Shown: one piece after another, positions 35,191 to 46,009 of the stretch | Layout: each line of letters starts with the position of its first letter | Position numbering within the stretch: position 1 is the first letter of the stretch | Source of the DNA: Gammaproteobacteria bacterium | Lineage (GTDB): Bacteria; Pseudomonadota; Gammaproteobacteria; Pseudomonadales; Balneatricaceae | Direction of reading: 5' to 3' | Length of the DNA: 63,713 nucleotides | NCBI GenBank assembly: GCA_028598985.1 | Contig: JAQRMV010000002.1 | Location: 1 to 63,713, forward strand | The notes under the pieces: generated by a model | Databases searched by the model: none | Told to the model about the DNA's origin: nothing | What the model saw: the letters and a program-made list of their open reading frames with translations, nothing else | Translations under genes and position numbers: made by a program

Positions 35191-36549
35191 ATGCAAACAG
35201 ATATAGATACCATCTGTGCTCAAACCACACCCCCAGGTCGCGGAGGCGTTGGCATCATCCGCCTGTCTGGGCCAAAAGCACTGGCCTACGGACAGCAGTT
35301 GAGCCAAAACAAAGGCACGCTTCGCCATGCACACTATGGCCCCTTCTTAGACGTAGCTGGAGAGCAAATAGATGCAGGCATCAGCCTCTACTTCAAAGGC
35401 CCAGACTCCTTCACTGGTGAGGATGTTTTTGAGTTTCAAGGCCATGGCGGCCAAGTGGTCATGGACCTTCTGCAACGCGAACTCACCCAATTAGGTGCTC
35501 GTATCGCACGGCCGGGTGAGTTTTCGGAACGCGCATTCCTAAATGACAAATTAGACCTAGCCCAAGCCGAATCGATTGCTGACCTCATCGATGCAAGTTC
35601 AGAGCAAGCCGCTAGAAATGCATTACGCTCATTACAGGGTGTATTTTCTACCCATGTTAACGCCTTAGTAGAAAGTCTCATTTACCTACGGCTTTATGTT
35701 GAAGCTGCCATCGACTTCCCTGAGGAAGAAATCGACTTTCTGGCCGATGGCAAGGTTGCAGCCTTGTTACTACAAGTGCAATCAGATCTCGATCAACTGC
35801 TGCATCAGGCCCATCAAGGCAGCCTATTACAAGAAGGCATGCAAGTGGTCATAGCGGGTGCCCCCAACGCTGGTAAATCCAGTTTGCTTAACGCCCTAGC
35901 AGGGCAAGATCGCGCTATAGTGACAGACATTGCTGGCACTACCCGCGACATACTTAAAGAATCTATCCATATCGATGGCTTACCATTACACATCATAGAC
36001 ACCGCAGGTTTACGTGAAAGCCCAGATAAAGTTGAGAAAATTGGTATTGAGCGTGCTATTGCAGCCATAGGCGAAGCAGACCAAATATTATTGCTGCAAG
36101 ATGCTCAAGACAAGGTGTCGCCTCAGCAGCATTGGCAAGACCTCATGGGTAACCAGCCCATGCCCAACCAACTCACCTTAGTGCGCAACAAAATAGATCT
36201 TGCTCAATGCCCTGCTAACCTAACGCAGGTCAATGGTGTAGACTGTATTTACCTAAGCGCAAAGCAAGGCCAAGGCCTAGATTTATTAAGACAGCAACTC
36301 AAACAAGCCGTAGGCTACCAAGCCACACCAGAAGGCGGATTTAGCGCCCGTAGGCGCCACCTGGACGCGCTACAACGCTGCTATACCCTGTTGCAAGACG
36401 GCGCAGAACAACTGGCTTATAGCCAAGCTGGCGAGCTGTTAGCGGAAGACCTGCGGTTGGCTCAAGATTGTTTGAGCGAAATCACTGGCACCTTCACGAG
36501 TGATGATTTATTGGGCCGTATTTTTGGGTCTTTTTGTATCGGGAAATAA
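35191..36549 (+). CDS. mnmE: tRNA modification GTPase MnmE
   Basis: [29 protein letters not shown]-terminal FCIGK; ATG 35191. Confidence 0.96.
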   Translation: MQTDIDTICAQTTPPGRGGVGIIRLSGPKALAYGQQLSQNKGTLRHAHYGPFLDVAGEQIDAGISLYFKGPDSFTGEDVFEFQGHGGQVVMDLLQRELTQLGARIARPGEFSERAFLNDKLDLAQAESIADLIDASSEQAARNALRSLQGVFSTHVNALVESLIYLRLYVEAAIDFPEEEIDFLADGKVAALLLQVQSDLDQLLHQAHQGSLLQEGMQVVIAGAPNAGKSSLLNALAGQDRAIVTDIAGTTRDILKESIHIDGLPLHIIDTAGLRESPDKVEKIGIERAIAAIGEADQILLLQDAQDKVSPQQHWQDLMGNQPMPNQLTLVRNKIDLAQCPANLTQVNGVDCIYLSAKQGQGLDLLRQQLKQAVGYQATPEGGFSARRRHLDALQRCYTLLQDGAEQLAYSQAGELLAEDLRLAQDCLSEITGTFTSDDLLGRIFGSFCIGK

Positions 36550-36555
36550 CCACCT

Positions 36556-37263
36556 ATGTCTAACCATCACCATATTTTATGTATCGAAGATGAACTTGAT
36601 ATACAAGAGATTATTGCCTACAACTTACACAAATCGGGTTATAGAGTGACCTTGGCCAGCGACGGCCTAAGTGGATTAAATTTAGCTAAAAAACACCACC
36701 CCGATTTGATCCTACTCGACATCATGCTGCCTAACCTTAATGGCATGCAAGTATGTGCACAGCTAAAGGCAGATACAAAAACTCAATCCATTCCAATCAT
36801 CATGTTGTCTGCTCGAAGTGAAGAGGCCGACGTTATTGGTGGCCTTAGCCAAGGCGCTGATGACTACATTACCAAACCCTTTAGTCAGGCAGAGCTTTTA
36901 GCCAGAATTAAAGTGGCTCTGCGCAGAAAACCCACCACCAATACTTTAACCATTGGCTCATTGTCTTTGAACTTAGACGGCTACAGCTGCAGTCTATATG
37001 GGCTAAGCGTTAAACTGACCACCACAGAATTTAAGCTATTACACACCTTAATGGCACAACCTGGCAGAGCTTTTTCTAGGGAACAACTGATTTTGTCTGC
37101 TTTGGGTGAACAGTCTGAGGTGGTAGATCGTAACGTGGATGTACATATCCGTGGCGTGCGTAAACAATTGGGTGCTGCCGCATCAGTTATAGAAACTGTG
37201 CGCGGTGTGGGTTATCGCTGCAACCCAAACCACTTTAAAACCCCTTCCAGCGAAGCCCTCTAA
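36556..37263 (+). CDS. phoB: OmpR/PhoB-family response regulator
   Basis: Receiver LLDIMLP, GADDYITKPF, winged helix DRNVDVHIR..R, ETVRGVGY; next to the PhoR-like kinase and PiT. Confidence 0.75.
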   Translation: MSNHHHILCIEDELDIQEIIAYNLHKSGYRVTLASDGLSGLNLAKKHHPDLILLDIMLPNLNGMQVCAQLKADTKTQSIPIIMLSARSEEADVIGGLSQGADDYITKPFSQAELLARIKVALRRKPTTNTLTIGSLSLNLDGYSCSLYGLSVKLTTTEFKLLHTLMAQPGRAFSREQLILSALGEQSEVVDRNVDVHIRGVRKQLGAAASVIETVRGVGYRCNPNHFKTPSSEAL

Positions 37264-37264
37264 G

Positions 37265-39037
37265 ATGCGCCATTCGCCAATATTTTTACGCCTCTATGCA
37301 GGCTTTGCAGTGGTTATACTATTTAGTATCCTGATTGTTGGCTTAATGGTGCAACGACAAATAGAGCAAGCCAGCCTAAGAGATATCAGCAACAACCTGT
37401 CTAGCCAAGCGTTTATTCTGCAGCAATCTTTTGCCGACATCGGTCAACAGGACCAACAGCAGGTTCAGCTGCGGGTAGAGCAAATGGGCCTTCGCATTGA
37501 CACCCGTATCACTTTATTAACAAAAGACGGACAGGTGATTGCAGATTCAGAGTTTAGCCCGCTGCAAATGGATAACCATCGCTATAGGCCAGAAATTATC
37601 GCCGCTAGTGTATCCAAAATTGGGCAATCTAAGCGTTACAGCAGAACCTTAAAAAAACCCATGTTATATGTGGCGGTGGCGGCCATAGCAAGCAACTCTA
37701 ACCTTGGTTATATCCGCACCGCGTTATCCACCCATCGTATTGATGAAGAAATCAATTATTTACGGCGGGTAATTATTATCGCCGCAAGCCTTACCGGCCT
37801 CATTGCGTTATTTATTGGTTATTGGTTAGCCATGAGTTTTGCCCGCCCCCTAAAACAAATGACATTGATTGCCAAAAACTATGCCCATGGCCGTTATCAG
37901 CTGCGCATCCCTAGCCATCGACGAGATGAAATAGGCGATTTAGCTCGCTCACTTAACCAAATGGCTGATATTTCAGCACAGCGCTTCGACATTATTAAAA
38001 CCGAAAGAGACCAGCTTTCAACCATTCTTAAGAGTATGAACGAGGGTGTCATCACAGTCACTAACGAAGGCCTCATCACCCACGTTAATGCTGCAGCTTG
38101 CCGTATGCTCCGTACCAGCAGTGATCGCTGTTTGGGACAAGCTTTAAAAGACATCGACCCGTCTAAAAATCTAGATCAGGCGTTTATCCGGTGTCAGCAA
38201 CAGCAAGCCAGCGTAGAGCGGCAGATTCAGTTAGACGGCTATACCTTTTCTCGCCATTACCGCCTGCACGTTACCTTACTAAAACAATCACATAAAGCCG
38301 ACGCCATATTAGTATTGCAAGACATTACCGACGTTCAACGTATTGATAAAATGCGTGCAGATTTTGTTGCCAACGCTTCCCACGAACTCAAAACCCCTAT
38401 AACCGCCATTCGTGGCTTTGCGGAGACTTTGATAGGCGATGAGCATATAGACAACACCATGAAACAACGTTTTATACGCAAAATTCATGGCCAATCAATC
38501 CGCTTGTCGGGCCTAGTTTCAGATCTGCTGGCGTTGTCTAGATTAGAAAGTAATGACGAGGCGTTTAACACCCAAGTAGATATTCACCAAGTGGTTCAAC
38601 GGGTATGTGCCAATCTCCAAGCCGTAGCTCAAACCCATCAAGTGAGCTTACAATTAGACGCCAAAGACGGCCCTATCCTCATCTTGGGTGATGACAAAGC
38701 CTTGGGCCAAATGGCCACTAACCTCATTGATAACGCCATTAAATACACTCCTGAAAACGGGACCGTGTCGGTGACGCTTAATATCGCAGAAGGCCAAGTG
38801 GTGCTTGCCGTAAAAGACGACGGCTTAGGTATAGATACAGCAGATCAAGGTCGAATTTTTGAACGTTTTTACCGGGTCGACAAAGCTCGCTCGCAATCCC
38901 TGGGTGGCACTGGCCTTGGCCTTGCCATCGTTAAGCATATTGTACAAAGTCACAAAGGCCGCCTACACCTAAAAAGTAAGCTCAATCAAGGGTCCACCTT
39001 TACGGTTACGGTGCCCCTGCCAAGTATCCTTGAGTAA
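37265..39037 (+). CDS. phoR: PhoR-like sensor histidine kinase (TM, periplasmic Cache-like, TM, HAMP, PAS, HisKA, HATPase)
   Basis: DFVANASHELKTPITAIRGFAETL, NLIDNAIKYT, FERFYRVDKARS, GGTGLGLAIVKH; ATG 37265. Confidence 0.78.
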   Translation: MRHSPIFLRLYAGFAVVILFSILIVGLMVQRQIEQASLRDISNNLSSQAFILQQSFADIGQQDQQQVQLRVEQMGLRIDTRITLLTKDGQVIADSEFSPLQMDNHRYRPEIIAASVSKIGQSKRYSRTLKKPMLYVAVAAIASNSNLGYIRTALSTHRIDEEINYLRRVIIIAASLTGLIALFIGYWLAMSFARPLKQMTLIAKNYAHGRYQLRIPSHRRDEIGDLARSLNQMADISAQRFDIIKTERDQLSTILKSMNEGVITVTNEGLITHVNAAACRMLRTSSDRCLGQALKDIDPSKNLDQAFIRCQQQQASVERQIQLDGYTFSRHYRLHVTLLKQSHKADAILVLQDITDVQRIDKMRADFVANASHELKTPITAIRGFAETLIGDEHIDNTMKQRFIRKIHGQSIRLSGLVSDLLALSRLESNDEAFNTQVDIHQVVQRVCANLQAVAQTHQVSLQLDAKDGPILILGDDKALGQMATNLIDNAIKYTPENGTVSVTLNIAEGQVVLAVKDDGLGIDTADQGRIFERFYRVDKARSQSLGGTGLGLAIVKHIVQSHKGRLHLKSKLNQGSTFTVTVPLPSILE

Positions 39038-39135
39038 TTGCTAAATAAATTCATAATCTTTATATTGCCTTAACAAAGGGTACCTATAATGCGCTGCATA
39101 TATAGATATTCTTAATCTTTGTAGAGGCAGTTACT

Positions 39136-39810
39136 ATGGCAAATCCTATTATGAGTTTGTTTGGTCAATCTCCGATCAAACCCTTACAAGATCATATGCA
39201 CACCGTTGTACAGTGTGTAGACCTACTTAATCCATTCTTCCAAGCCGTCATCAAAGAAGATTGGGATGCTGTAGATGAGTGTTATAACACCATTGCCGAA
39301 TTTGAAGGCAAGGCAGATGATCAAAAGCAAAAAATACGCCTGCACCTACCAAAAAGCTTGTTTATGCCGATCAATCGTTCAGACCTCATTTTGTTACTGG
39401 CCAAACAAGACAAGGTGTGTAACACGGCAAAAGACATAGCCGGTCTAATATTGGGTCGTAAGCAGGTAGTGCCTAAGAAAATTGCCAGCGATATGAGCGC
39501 TTATGTTAAGTCTGCCGTCGCCGTTGCAATGGAAGCAAAAGTTGTTATTGATGAATTAGATGAACTTATTGGCTCTGGTTTTGGTGGCCGAGAAATTGAC
39601 CGTATTAACAAATGCATCACTAAACTAGAAAAAGCCGAAGATAAAAACGACAAGCGTCAGATCACCTTGCGTGCCAAGCTGCACGCAATAGAGGCCGATA
39701 TGCCCCCCATTGACGCTATGTTCATGTACAAAACCATTGAAGCTATTGGCAATCTTGCCGACCGTGCACAAAGTGCCGGTGAACAAATTCAAGTGATCAT
39801 TGCTCGCTAA
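39136..39810 (+). CDS. DUF47/TIGR00153 PhoU-like phosphate transport regulator
   Basis: LFGQSPIKPLQDHM, LPKSLFMPINRSD and IGNLAD motifs; directly upstream of PiT. Confidence 0.88.
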   Translation: MANPIMSLFGQSPIKPLQDHMHTVVQCVDLLNPFFQAVIKEDWDAVDECYNTIAEFEGKADDQKQKIRLHLPKSLFMPINRSDLILLLAKQDKVCNTAKDIAGLILGRKQVVPKKIASDMSAYVKSAVAVAMEAKVVIDELDELIGSGFGGREIDRINKCITKLEKAEDKNDKRQITLRAKLHAIEADMPPIDAMFMYKTIEAIGNLADRAQSAGEQIQVIIAR

Positions 39811-39841
39811 TCGCCACTAACTATACTGTCGAGAAAATACT

Positions 39842-41116
39842 ATGGAAGTTTTAAACGAATACGGTCAAATTTTACTTATTCTTGCCATTATCTTTGGTGT
39901 ATTTATGGCTTGGGGTGTGGGCGCCAATGATGTTGCCAACGCCATGGGTACCTCAGTAGGTTCAGGTGCAATTACCCTAAGACAGGCCATTGTTATTGCT
40001 ATGATATTTGAATTTGCCGGTGCCTATTTGGCAGGCGGCGAAGTGACTGCAACTATCCGCAAAGGTATCATTGACCCATTAGCATTACAGGGCACCCCCG
40101 AATATTTAGTATATGGCATGTTGTCAGCGCTTTTAGCTGCGGGCACATGGCTACTTATTGCCTCTATGTTAGGCTGGCCTGTATCCACCACACACTCCAT
40201 TGTGGGTGCTATTGTAGGCTTTGCTGCAGTCGCTATTTCAGTAGACGCCGTTAACTGGACCAAGGTATCTACCATTGTGGCAAGTTGGGTGGTTTCGCCG
40301 TTGCTTGCCGGAACCATTTCTTTCTTCTTGTTCCGTAGTGTGCAAAAACTCATTTTGGACACTGAAAATCCGTTTGTGAATGCTAAACGCTACATTCCCT
40401 ATTATATGTTTGCTGTTGGTTTTATGATCGCCATGGTCACTTTGATCAAAGGTTTAAAGCACGTCTTTAAAGATATGGGTTTCGCCCTTAGTTACCCTGA
40501 AATGTTTTTAGTAGCAGCATTGTGCGGTATTTTGTCCGCTTTAGTAGGCACCTACTTCATGCGTCGCGCAGAACGTAATATGGTAGAAAACAGCCAAGAT
40601 CGCTACGCCAACGTTGAAGGTGTATTTGCCGTACTGATGGTCTTTACCGCTTGTGCAATGGCGTTTGCCCATGGCTCCAACGATGTAGCTAACGCAGTAG
40701 GTCCAATGGCTGCAGCAGTAAGCACCATTAAGTCAGGCGCTATTACAGCTAAGTCTGCCATGCCGTCTTGGGTTTTACTTGTTGGTGGTATTGGTATTGT
40801 TGTTGGTTTAGCCACTTATGGCTATAAAGTTATGGGGACCATTGGTAAAAAAATCACCGAATTAACACCAAGTCGTGGTTTTGCCGCTGAACTAGGCGCC
40901 TCTTGCACCGTGGTATTAGCATCTGGCATTGGTCTGCCTATTTCCACCACCCATACCTTAGTAGGAGCGGTATTGGGTGTAGGTTTAGCTCGCGGTATTG
41001 CGGCCATTAATCTGCGCATTGTGGGCAACATCTTCACTTCTTGGATCATCACCCTTCCTGCAGGAGCAATATTATCCATCACCTTCTTTTACACCTTTAA
41101 AGCAGTTTTTTCATAA
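39842..41116 (+). CDS. Inorganic phosphate transporter (PiT family)
   Basis: GANDVANAMGTSVGS, PVSTTHS, HGSNDVAN and PISTTH signatures. Confidence 0.93.
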   Translation: MEVLNEYGQILLILAIIFGVFMAWGVGANDVANAMGTSVGSGAITLRQAIVIAMIFEFAGAYLAGGEVTATIRKGIIDPLALQGTPEYLVYGMLSALLAAGTWLLIASMLGWPVSTTHSIVGAIVGFAAVAISVDAVNWTKVSTIVASWVVSPLLAGTISFFLFRSVQKLILDTENPFVNAKRYIPYYMFAVGFMIAMVTLIKGLKHVFKDMGFALSYPEMFLVAALCGILSALVGTYFMRRAERNMVENSQDRYANVEGVFAVLMVFTACAMAFAHGSNDVANAVGPMAAAVSTIKSGAITAKSAMPSWVLLVGGIGIVVGLATYGYKVMGTIGKKITELTPSRGFAAELGASCTVVLASGIGLPISTTHTLVGAVLGVGLARGIAAINLRIVGNIFTSWIITLPAGAILSITFFYTFKAVFS

Positions 41117-41141
41117 CAATTTTTAGCTAAAAAACACCTAT

Positions 41142-41175
41142 AAACCTCTGTGATAATTATCACAGGGGTTTTTTT
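41142..41175 (+). terminator. Intrinsic terminator after PiT at the oriC border
   Basis: AAACCTCTGTGATA-AT-TATCACAGGGGTTT followed by a T run. Confidence 0.65.
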
Positions 41176-41189
41176 GTGTCTTAATATGA

Positions 41190-41530
41190 AATACTTATCC
41201 ACATATATAGTCAAAATTGGCTAATAATAAAAAATAATTTGAGAAATTTTTCAACCTAAACCCTGTGTATAAATTGCGATTCTATACATGAATAATTTGT
41301 GGATAATATATACCTGTGGATAAGTGCCTTGTTTATACACAAGTAATAATCAGCATATATCACCTACATTCAAGCTTAAATAACAACTTTATCATTGTTG
41401 TAATTTCTTGTTTTTAAAGTATTTTTTGTATTTATACATAAAAATATAGATGCCTAATAATAATAACAATAGTCATATAAAATATATATATTCTTTTAAA
41501 CTATACAATTAACTAAAATACTAATTTGGC
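41190..41530. other. Chromosomal replication origin oriC
   Basis: Very AT-rich gap upstream of mnmG. DnaA boxes at 41195, 41264, 41298, 41315, 41333 and a 1-mismatch box at 41432; IHF-like site 41401-41413; TAA/CAA/TAG trios 41455-41472; AT-rich DUE beyond. Confidence 0.85.
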
Positions 41531-41613
41531 CATTTTATGACGATTTATTAACCCTATTAAAAACGTTATACTAACCAGCTAATATTTGTATATAAATGGG
41601 TAAGGAACAAGCC

Positions 41614-43506
41614 TTGGATTTTCCCTCACGTTTTGATGTCATCGTTATTGGTGGTGGCCATGCTGGTACAGAAGCCGCGTTGGCTAGTGCTCGCCTAGGC
41701 GCGCAAACCTTACTACTGACTCATAATATGGATACCTTAGGCCAAATGTCCTGCAATCCCGCTATTGGTGGTATTGGAAAAAGTCACCTAGTACGTGAAA
41801 TCGACGCTTTTGACGGTGCTATGGCACGAGCAACAGATTTAGCCGGTATTCAGTTTAGAGTACTTAATTCACGTAAGGGCCCAGCAGTACGTGCCACACG
41901 AGCTCAAGCAGACCGTGGCTTATATCGTGATGCCATTCGCCAAATCCTTGAAAAACAAGAAAATCTATATATTTTTCAGCAATCTGTAGATGATTTAATT
42001 ATTAAACAAGACCAAATAATTGGTGCTAAAACCAATATGGGTTTAAATTTTTATGCCCAACAAGTGGTGATGACCACGGGTACTTTTCTTGGTGGCATTA
42101 TTCATATTGGTATGCAACAAAGCCAAGGTGGGCGAGCTGGTGATCCTCCAGCTAACGCATTAGCGCAACGTCTTAGAGAAAGACCTTTTCGTATTGAACG
42201 ACTAAAAACAGGTACACCGCCACGGATTGATCGCCGCACGGTTGATTTCAGTGTAATGCAAGAACAGCCTGGTGATACCCCAATACCTGTAATGTCTATG
42301 CTTGGCAAGCTCAGCGATCATCCACAACAAGTGTCGTGTCACATCACTCACACCAATATTAATACCCATAATATGATCCGTGATAGCTTGGATCGTTCGC
42401 CTTTGTATGCGGGTGTGATAGAAGGCGTAGGCCCACGTTACTGTCCTTCAATTGAAGACAAAATAATGCGTTTTGCCGACAAAGACAGCCATCAGATATT
42501 TGTTGAACCCGAAGGCCTTAATAGTATCGAACTGTACCCCAACGGTATTTCTACAAGCTTACCATTTGATGTTCAGCTGGCTTTTGTACAATCCATTGTG
42601 GGTTTTGAAAATGCCCATATAGTGCGACCTGGTTATGCTATCGAATACGACTATTTTAATCCACAAGACTTAAAACCTACGTTAGAAACAAAGCTAATTA
42701 ATGGTTTATATTTTGCAGGCCAAATCAACGGTACCACGGGTTATGAAGAGGCGGGCGCACAGGGCTTATTGGCAGGTACAAATGCAGGCCTTAAAGCTCT
42801 GGGTAAAGACCCATGGACTGCACGTAGAGATCAAGCCTATTTGGGTGTGATGGTTGACGATTTGGTTACTAATGGTACTCAAGAGCCCTACCGAATGTTT
42901 ACTAGCCGTGCTGAGTATAGATTATTATTGCGGGAAGATAATGCCGACCAACGCTTAACCGAAATTGGATATAACCTTGGTTTAGTGGGTGAAGAGCGCT
43001 GGCGTGCATTTAATGAAAAATGTGAAGCTATTGAGCAACGCAAAAAACTAATGCGTGAAACCAAAGTTACCTTGCATAATGAACTAGGAAAAAAACTTGA
43101 GACATTGCTAGCCCAACCCCTGACTAAAGACACCAATTTATTAGATATTATCAAACGCCCAGAACTTGATTATCAAAAACTACACCATGTCGCACAGTTA
43201 CCAGACGTGGATATAACAGTGGGTGAACAGATAGAAATAGATGTTAAATACGCTGGATATATAGATCGGCAGAAAGATGATGTTGAACGCCTAAAACGTC
43301 ATGAATCCACGGTAATACCTGCTGATTTTAACTACCAAGGTGTGCATGGCTTATCCAATGAAGCCACCGCTAAACTAGAAACAATACGACCTGCTAATTT
43401 AGGTATGGCCAGCCGCATTCAAGGGGTAACTCCCGCAGCGCTATCACTACTTTTAATTTACCTTAAAAAACATAAGGTTGTGTCTAAAGTTGATGTAGCG
43501 GTTTAG
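41614..43506 (+). CDS. mnmG: tRNA uridine-5-carboxymethylaminomethyl synthesis enzyme MnmG (GidA)
   Basis: [49 protein letters not shown]; TTG 41614 (after TAAGGA) or ATG 41596. Confidence 0.97.
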   Translation: MDFPSRFDVIVIGGGHAGTEAALASARLGAQTLLLTHNMDTLGQMSCNPAIGGIGKSHLVREIDAFDGAMARATDLAGIQFRVLNSRKGPAVRATRAQADRGLYRDAIRQILEKQENLYIFQQSVDDLIIKQDQIIGAKTNMGLNFYAQQVVMTTGTFLGGIIHIGMQQSQGGRAGDPPANALAQRLRERPFRIERLKTGTPPRIDRRTVDFSVMQEQPGDTPIPVMSMLGKLSDHPQQVSCHITHTNINTHNMIRDSLDRSPLYAGVIEGVGPRYCPSIEDKIMRFADKDSHQIFVEPEGLNSIELYPNGISTSLPFDVQLAFVQSIVGFENAHIVRPGYAIEYDYFNPQDLKPTLETKLINGLYFAGQINGTTGYEEAGAQGLLAGTNAGLKALGKDPWTARRDQAYLGVMVDDLVTNGTQEPYRMFTSRAEYRLLLREDNADQRLTEIGYNLGLVGEERWRAFNEKCEAIEQRKKLMRETKVTLHNELGKKLETLLAQPLTKDTNLLDIIKRPELDYQKLHHVAQLPDVDITVGEQIEIDVKYAGYIDRQKDDVERLKRHESTVIPADFNYQGVHGLSNEATAKLETIRPANLGMASRIQGVTPAALSLLLIYLKKHKVVSKVDVAV

Positions 43507-43507
43507 C

Positions 43508-44185
43508 ATGGTTACTGCCAATCAAATACAAATACCCCCAATTCACATCCAGTGGCGCAAGTTATTAATTAAAGGGTGTGCAGACCTTTCACTAAAACTA
43601 ACTGACCAACAAATAGACCTGTTAGTTAGCTACGTAGAACAATTGGTAAAATGGAATAAGGCTTACAATTTAACGGCCATTCGCGACCCATTGGATATGA
43701 TTAAGTTACATGTGCTTGATAGCTTGGCTATTGTTGCGCCATTGTCTAAACTAAACGCTCAGCGGTTTATAGATATAGGCACGGGCGCAGGTTTACCCGG
43801 CATGATATTGGCTATTGTTTGGCCTGAAAAAACCGTTCACTTACTCGATACCAACGGCAAAAAAACACGCTTTCTTACTCAGTTTAAACACCTTCATCAA
43901 ATTAATAACGTAGAAGTATTTAACCAACGTTGTGAAACTTATTTACCTGATATGGCCTACGATGTAGTACTTTCCAGAGCTTTTGCGTCTATTATAGATA
44001 TGCTTGAAGGCTGTCATCAGCTGGTTTCACCAAGGGGTGTTTTTGTAGCCATGAAGGGAACTTATCCACAACAGGAGCTGGATGCTATGCCCACAAACTA
44101 TAGCCTGCTAAACTGTGCAACCTTGCAGGTACCCGGCGTAGATGCAGAACGCCACCTGTTAACCATACAAAAGCAATTAACGTAG
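43508..44185 (+). CDS. rsmG: 16S rRNA m7G527 methyltransferase RsmG (GidB)
   Basis: KWNKAYNLTA, HVLDSL, DIGTGAGLPG, SRAFA. Confidence 0.94.
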   Translation: MVTANQIQIPPIHIQWRKLLIKGCADLSLKLTDQQIDLLVSYVEQLVKWNKAYNLTAIRDPLDMIKLHVLDSLAIVAPLSKLNAQRFIDIGTGAGLPGMILAIVWPEKTVHLLDTNGKKTRFLTQFKHLHQINNVEVFNQRCETYLPDMAYDVVLSRAFASIIDMLEGCHQLVSPRGVFVAMKGTYPQQELDAMPTNYSLLNCATLQVPGVDAERHLLTIQKQLT

Positions 44186-44192
44186 GTCATTT

Positions 44193-44960
44193 GTGAGCAA
44201 AGTCATTGCTGTAACCAATCAAAAAGGTGGAGTGGGTAAAACCACCACTTGCGTTAATTTAGCCGCATCATTAGTTGCTACTAAGCGCCGTGTATTGGTG
44301 GTTGATTTAGACCCCCAAGGCAATGCCACCATGGGTAGTGGGGTTGAAAAAAACAACTTACGTTATTCTGTACTCGATGTATTGACCCAAAACGTAGATG
44401 TGAACCAGGTCTTACAGCTCAATACACCCGCCGGTTATGACTTATTACCCGCTAATGGTGATTTAACTGCTGCAGAAGTTGAATTGATACAGGTTGAACA
44501 AAAAGAAGCCAGATTAGGTATTGCCTTAAGTCAACTTCAACACCGTTATGATTTTATATTGATTGACTGCCCACCTTCTTTAAACATGCTTACGGTGAAC
44601 GCGCTAGCATGTGCCCAGGGTGTATTGGTACCTATGCAGTGCGAATATTATGCACTAGAGGGTATAAGTGCGCTGCTTAATACCGTAAAGTTAATTAAAA
44701 GCAGCCTCAATCCGGGTTTGGTAATCGAAGGTATATTGCGTACTATGTATGACCCACGCAATAGCCTTACAAATGATGTATCACACCAACTCATTAATCA
44801 CTTTGGTGATTTGGTTTACCGCACGGTGATTCCTCGTAATGTACGGTTAGCAGAAGCGCCTAGCCATGGCCTACCGGCCCTTTTTTATGACAAGCACTCC
44901 CGTGGCGCTGTAGCGTATTTGGCATTAGCGAGCGAATTTATTCGCCAACAAGAAAAATAA
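44193..44960 (+). CDS. parA: Chromosome partitioning ATPase ParA/Soj
   Basis: NQKGGVGKTTT, DLDPQGNAT, IDCPP, PRNVRLAEAPS. Confidence 0.95.
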   Translation: MSKVIAVTNQKGGVGKTTTCVNLAASLVATKRRVLVVDLDPQGNATMGSGVEKNNLRYSVLDVLTQNVDVNQVLQLNTPAGYDLLPANGDLTAAEVELIQVEQKEARLGIALSQLQHRYDFILIDCPPSLNMLTVNALACAQGVLVPMQCEYYALEGISALLNTVKLIKSSLNPGLVIEGILRTMYDPRNSLTNDVSHQLINHFGDLVYRTVIPRNVRLAEAPSHGLPALFYDKHSRGAVAYLALASEFIRQQEK

Positions 44961-44972
44961 CAGAGCATCATT

Positions 44973-45845
44973 ATGGTTAAAAAACGTGGTCTCAACCGTG
45001 GTTTAGCAGCCTTACTTCAGGGCGCTGGCAGTCTCGATGTAGATTTAACGCAAAATTCACCCACCACAAAAGATGGCTTGCAAGAATTGCCAGTTGAGTG
45101 GGTGCAGCGTGGTGTATACCAGCCACGTAGAGATTTAGATCCCGAAACCCTAGAAGAGCTAGCCGCGTCTATTCGTGTACATGGCATTATGCAACCCATT
45201 GTAGTGCGCTCGGTGGGCATAGACCGTTACGAAATTATTGCCGGCGAACGCCGTTGGCGCGCTGCTCAAATCGCAGGTCTAGACAATATTCCAGCACTCA
45301 TTAAAGAGGTGCCCGATGAGGCAGCTATTGCCATGGCGCTCATTGAGAATATTCAGCGCGAAGACCTTAATGCTATGGAAGAGGCCGTTGCTCTACAGCG
45401 ACTACAGCATGAATTTGAGCTCACACAACAACAAGTGGCCGAGGCTGTAGGCAAATCTCGCAGCGCTATTGCCAACTTATTGCGTTTATTACAGCTAAGC
45501 GAACCTGTGCGCTTGATGCTAGAAAGGGGTGATTTAGAAATGGGCCACGCTCGCTCATTGCTCGCCCTTGACGAAACCCAACAACTACAGTTAGCACGAG
45601 AAGTGGTGGCTAAAGGCCTGTCTGTACGTCAGACCGAAGAGCTGGTGCGCAAAGCCCAACAACCCCCCAAACCCCTTACAAAACAAGCCACTGATGCAGA
45701 TGTGAGTCGCTTACAAAACCGCCTTTCAGACGCAATAGGTGCGGCAGTAACCATTAAACAGATGGCTAAGGGTAATGGCAAGCTAACCATTAGTTATGCG
45801 ACTTTAGATCAACTCGACGGTATTATATCAAGGCTTGAGCCCTAG
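44973..45845 (+). CDS. parB: Chromosome partitioning protein ParB
   Basis: YQPR, IAGERRWRAA, LIENIQREDL, HTH GKSRSAIAN. Confidence 0.95.
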   Translation: MVKKRGLNRGLAALLQGAGSLDVDLTQNSPTTKDGLQELPVEWVQRGVYQPRRDLDPETLEELAASIRVHGIMQPIVVRSVGIDRYEIIAGERRWRAAQIAGLDNIPALIKEVPDEAAIAMALIENIQREDLNAMEEAVALQRLQHEFELTQQQVAEAVGKSRSAIANLLRLLQLSEPVRLMLERGDLEMGHARSLLALDETQQLQLAREVVAKGLSVRQTEELVRKAQQPPKPLTKQATDADVSRLQNRLSDAIGAAVTIKQMAKGNGKLTISYATLDQLDGIISRLEP

Positions 45846-45907
45846 TCTGGCGCGAGTCTAGTGTGGTTGCACCGAAACGAATGGACTACTAAAAAGCGGG
45901 ATAATTG

Positions 45908-45936
45908 TTGAGATTTAGTTACAAACTCCCTATAAT
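45908..45936 (+). promoter_or_regulatory. Sigma70 promoter of the atp operon
   Basis: TTGAGA-17 nt-TATAAT upstream of atpI. Confidence 0.65.
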
Positions 45937-46009
45937 CTTGGGCGCTATGGTGTTTGATGCCAAAGCACAGGTAGTTTAGACCAACAACCAACGGATTTTT
46001 TAAGCACGT

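Noticed and set aside
39050-39092. Possible Pho box upstream of DUF47 (AATTCAT-4-TTTATAT-4-TTAACAA before TATAAT)
   Set aside because: The 11-bp spacing is suggestive, but matches to CTGTCAT are too weak in an AT-rich spacer
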